Positions 59,980 through 64,000 of a stretch of DNA of 64,000 nt are shown piece by piece. Numbering within the stretch: position 1 is the stretch's first letter; every line of letters begins with the position of its first letter. Origin of the DNA: Macrostomum lignano (Eukaryota); NCBI GenBank assembly GCA_002269645.1, contig NIVC01001403.1, forward strand, positions 1-64,000, given 5' to 3'. Below the pieces are notes generated by a model. That model was not told where the DNA came from. It did not search any database and was given only the letters and a program-made list of their open reading frames with translations. The position numbers and the translations under genes were made by a program.

Positions 59980-61480
59980 GCTTGGGGATTGTGAAGTGAT
60001 ATACTATGGCTAGCGATTCCCAGCAGCTAAGCATTATCGTAATGATTGCGAATTGTCTATGTGCCAACCTGCAGCTTCTCCCCCGCGTCTCTACTTGTCC
60101 TCTGAGTGTTATCGCCACTGGATCCCATCTTAAATTCGTTAGGCCCAAGGCTCTCGACTCCTAGTAAATACATGCCTAAATACACGGTCAATACAACGTC
60201 TCGTCATGAACTTTGTGGATTGTGAAGCTTGTCGAATGTGAAGCTTGTGCAATGTGAAGCTTGTGGATTGTGAAGCTTGTCGAATGTGAAGCTTGTGGAA
60301 TGTGAAGCTTGTGGAATGTAAAGCTTGTCGATTGTGAAGATTGTGCAATGTGAAGCTTGTCGATTGTGAAGCTTGTGCAATGTGAAGCTTGTGGATTGTG
60401 AAGCTTGGGGATTGTGAAGCTGGTGGATTGTGAAGCTTGTGGATTGTGAAAAGCTTGTGGATTGTGAAGCTTGTAGATTGTGAAGCTTGAGGATTGTGAA
60501 GCTTGGGAATTGTGAAGCTTGTGGATTGTGAATTTTGAAGCTTGGGGATTGTGAAGCTTGTGGATGTGAAGCTTGTGCAATGTGAAGCTTGAGGATTGTG
60601 AAGCTTGTCGAATGTGAAGCTTGCGGCTTGTGAAGCTTGTGGAATGTGGATTGTGAAGCTCGGGGATTGTGAAGCTTGTGGATTGTGAAGCTCGGGGATT
60701 GTGAAGCTTGTGGATTGTGAAGCTCGGGGATTGTGAAGCTTGTGGATTGTGAAGCTCGGGGATTGTGAAGCTTGTGGATTGTGAAGCTCGGGGATTGTGA
60801 AGCTTGTGGATTGTGAAGCTTGGGGATTGTGAAGCTTGTGGATTGTGAAGCTTGGGGATTGTGAAGCTGGTGGATTGTGAAAAGCTTGTGGATTGTGAAG
60901 CTTGTAGATTGTGAAGCTTGAGGATTGTGAAGCTTGGGAATTGTGAAGCTTGTGGATTGTTAATTGTGAAGCTTGGGAATTGTGAAGCTTGTGGAATGTG
61001 AATTGTGAAGCTTGTGAAATGTGGATTCTGAAGCTTGTGGAATGTGAAGCTTGTGGATTTAGAAGCCTTTGGGTTGTTAAGCTCGGGGATTGTGAAGCTC
61101 GGGGATTGTGAAGCTTGTGGATTGTGAAGCTCGGGGATTGTGAAGCTCGGGGATTGTGAAGCTTGTGGATTGTGAAGCTTGTGGATTGTGAAAAGCTTGT
61201 GGATTGTGAAGCTTGTGGATTGTGAAGCTTGTGGATTGTGAAGCTCGGGGATTGTGAAGCTTGTGGATTGTGAAGCTTGGGGATTGTGAAGCTTGTGGAT
61301 TGTGAAGCTTGTGGATTGTGAAAAGCTTGTGGATTGTGAAGCTTGTAGATTTAGAAGCTTTTGGGTTGTGAAGCTTGGGGAATGTGAAGCTTGTGGATTG
61401 TGAAAAGCTTTTGGGTTGTGAAGCTTGGGGAATGTGAAGCTTGTGGATTGTGAAAAGCTTTTGGGTTGTGAAGCTCGGGG
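59980..61480. repeat. 16-bp minisatellite (g[g/t]ggattgtgaagctt), unit 4, interrupted near its start by about 210 bp of unique DNA
   Basis: Direct reading. Confidence 0.92.
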
Positions 61481-61736
61481 AACGTACAGTAAATTCAGGG
61501 ATTGTGAAATTTGAGCAATTTAAAATTACTCGTAGTTTGAAATTTAAGGAAATTTAAATTATACATGTAGGAAAATCTCTTTCTAATCTGAGTAAATTTC
61601 TTAACACTTGTTGGATATTTATTAGAAACTGAGCGATTGCATTTTTTCACGCATTTGACTTCCGAATCGATTAGATGTATCAAATCATTTTCCAACCTAA
61701 ATATGCTGCCTCCTACCCGGCTGTCAGTTCGCAGAG

Positions 61737-61822
61737 ATGCAGTCTCAAACGCTATACACGGTTATGTCTCAGCCGCAGCCGTACCCGTCTGCGGTGGTTG
61801 GCCGGCAGCCGGTGCCACAGAG
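61737..61822 (+). pseudogene. PLAC8-like copy 4, truncated after about 29 codons
   Basis: MQSQTLYTVMSQPQPYPSAVVGRQPVPQ aligns to copies 1 and 3, then runs directly into the 3' satellite; the PLAC8 domain is deleted. Confidence 0.85.
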
Positions 61823-62118
61823 TGTCTATGCTAGAGAGACGTGGAGTGTCTATGGTAGAGAGACGTGGAGTGTCTATGCTAGAGAGACGTGGGGTGTCTA
61901 TGCTAGAGAGACATGGAGTGTCTATGGTAGAGAGACGTGGAGTGTCTATGCTAGAGAGACGTGGGGTGTCTATGCTAGAGAGACATGGAGTGTCTATGCT
62001 AGAGAGACGTGGAGTGTCTATGGTAGAGAGACGTGGGGTGTCTATGCTAGAGAGACATGGAGTGTCTATGCTAGAGAGACGTGGGGTGCCTATGCTAGAG
62101 AGACGTCGGGTGTCTATG
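61823..62118. repeat. 24-bp minisatellite (gtctatgctagagagacgtggagt), unit 4
   Basis: Direct reading. Confidence 0.9.
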
Positions 62119-62157
62119 GTTGGTTGCGCGGAAAAGTTTCTTTTTTAAATTTGTATT

Positions 62158-62690
62158 CTGAGGTGTGGGAATCGGGACTGGGGTGTGGGAATCGGGACTG
62201 GGGTGTGGGAATCGGGACTGGGGTGTGGGAATCGGGACTGAGGTGTGGGAATCGGGACTGAGGTGTGGGAATCGGGGCTGGGGTGTGGGAATCGGGACTG
62301 AGGTTTGGGAATCGGGGCTGGGGTGTGGGAATCGGGACTGAGGTTTGGGAATCGGGACTGAGGTTTGGGAATCGGGACTGAGGTGTGGGAATCGGGACTG
62401 GGGTGTGGGAATCGGGACTGAGGTGTGGGAATCGGGACTGAGGTGTGGGAATCGGGGCTGGGGTGTGGGAATCGGGACTGAGGTTTGGGAATCGGGACTG
62501 AGGTGTGGGAATCGGGACTGGGGTGTGGGAATCGGGACTGAGGTGTGGGAATCGGGACTGAGGTGTGGGAATCGGGACTGAGGTTTGGGAATCGGGACTG
62601 AGGTGTGGGAATCGGGACTGGGGTGTGGGAATCGGGACTGAGGTTTGGGAATCGGGACTGAGGTGTGGGAATCGGGACTGGGGTGTGAGG
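62158..62690. repeat. 20-bp minisatellite (gggaatcgggactgaggtgt), unit 4
   Basis: Direct reading. Confidence 0.92.
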
Positions 62691-63309
62691 TCAGAGAAGT
62701 GTGCACATCGATGACTCGCAATCGTGTCGGAGTGTCTGATGCGATTAACAATGGTTAAACAAAAAATTGACAAGTTAATTGCCCTGCGTGAGCACGTCAG
62801 AGCAATTAATATTAGTATATTAGTAAAGACAATTAATTTCGGTATAATTAAAACCACATCTGGGCCAGTCGAATGTCCAGATTAATGGGGAAAAACTTTT
62901 TCCTCTAAACTAACAATTAAAAAAAAATCTTCCGCAGCACTGGGAACTACGCAATCTAGGAACTACAGACACATACATGTATCTATATCTCGCGGAAATT
63001 AAGCTACAAAAATATTAATATATCATAATTCAGTAAACCTGCCAGTTGAGTAATTTACAACAAGCGAACAGTATAGAGTATAGGTGTTAGCGACATGCTG
63101 AGGATTACGTGATCAAGTGATTAAATAATTAAGCAGGACACCGAGAGGTGCAGTCTCCTTGAGCGTAACACTTTCACTTTGGCAACGGGGGACGTAATTG
63201 ACCTGACACCCATCTAATTTGCAATTAAAATAAATAATGGTATTCATTATATCAGAAAAATAGTGATTTCTTATAACGCATCAAGAAAGAGGTGGCCACT
63301 CTCTAGAAA

Positions 63310-63615
63310 CAATGACGTCATAGTTGAGTTCAAGGTCAGTTTGAAAGCACAGAGTACTTTAAACAATGCTGTTACTTTGATTTTTTAACGACTACGCAAC
63401 CCCTTAAGGTCATTCTACACGATGACGTCATATTTCAAATAGTTTAACCCGATGAAGTCATCTTCGAATATTTTAACCCAATGATGTCATCCTTCAAATA
63501 TTTTAACCCGATGACGTCATCTTTCTTTCAAATATTTTAACACGATGACGTCATCTTTTAAATGTTTCAACTCGATGACGTCATCTTTCAAATATTTTAC
63601 CACGATGGCGTCATA
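63310..63615. repeat. Degenerate about 30-bp repeat carrying TGACGTCA (CRE-like) palindromes
   Basis: Five perfect TGACGTCA (about 63313, 63423, 63512, 63546, 63576) and three 1-mismatch variants. Confidence 0.75.
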
Positions 63616-64000
63616 TTTCAAATATTTTTTAACCTGATCACGTCACAGGGCTGTAGCGACGTTACTAATCGTTATAATCAAGGTCGTTATGCCGTATAAA
63701 ACTGACAAGGATCATTCATGAACGGTCATTGATAATGCCGTCATAATTTCCAGAAGCAGTGAGCACACCCAGACCCTCATCTATAGCTAAAAATTGGCAA
63801 GGAAACCTTATTGAGGCGGCACCAGGCGCGATTTCTCGCCGTCGGTTTGTTTCGCGTTGCGACATTTTCGCACCTGTCGATAAATAAGCAAGCTGCATAC
63901 GGGCACCACGCACAGGACGCACACTATAGCCATTACCAAGGCTGTTATGAACAGGATCTCGTAGTTCTGATTGGCCTGAAAGTAGGCGCAATCCCAGGCG

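Noticed and set aside
63716-63991. 91-aa minus-strand ORF at the window end
   Set aside because: No recognisable motif or splice context; cannot be assessed within the window.

Overview
Eukaryotic (metazoan) genomic DNA; no prokaryotic features or CRISPR arrays. GC-rich exons and minisatellite-filled introns are reminiscent of the flatworm Macrostomum (inference only). Layout: (1) 1-4.5 kb, two head-to-tail LOA-like non-LTR retrotransposons, one young and one CpG-decayed. (2) 5.9-11.1 kb, a degenerate Gypsy pol followed by two paralogous pseudogenised ORFs of an unrecognised family. (3) A 2-exon LRRC69 gene (+). (4) A 14-exon GABA-B-like class C GPCR (-, 18.7-32.3 kb) with a different tandem repeat in most introns, two non-canonical donors and a frameshift. 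(5) A 9-exon RPGR orthologue (+, 33.5-38.7 kb) ending in CaaX. (6) A satellite-rich interval with a perfect RFX X-box. (7) Four tandem PLAC8/cornifelin-like units (43-63 kb), decaying from intact to truncated, each with three satellites at homologous positions, plus a MULE-like element with 9-bp TSD and a nested MITE. Most long ORFs in the supplied track are artefacts of tandem repeats. Exon coordinates were derived by hand from splice signals, phase continuity and family homology; repeat boundaries and copy numbers are approximate.
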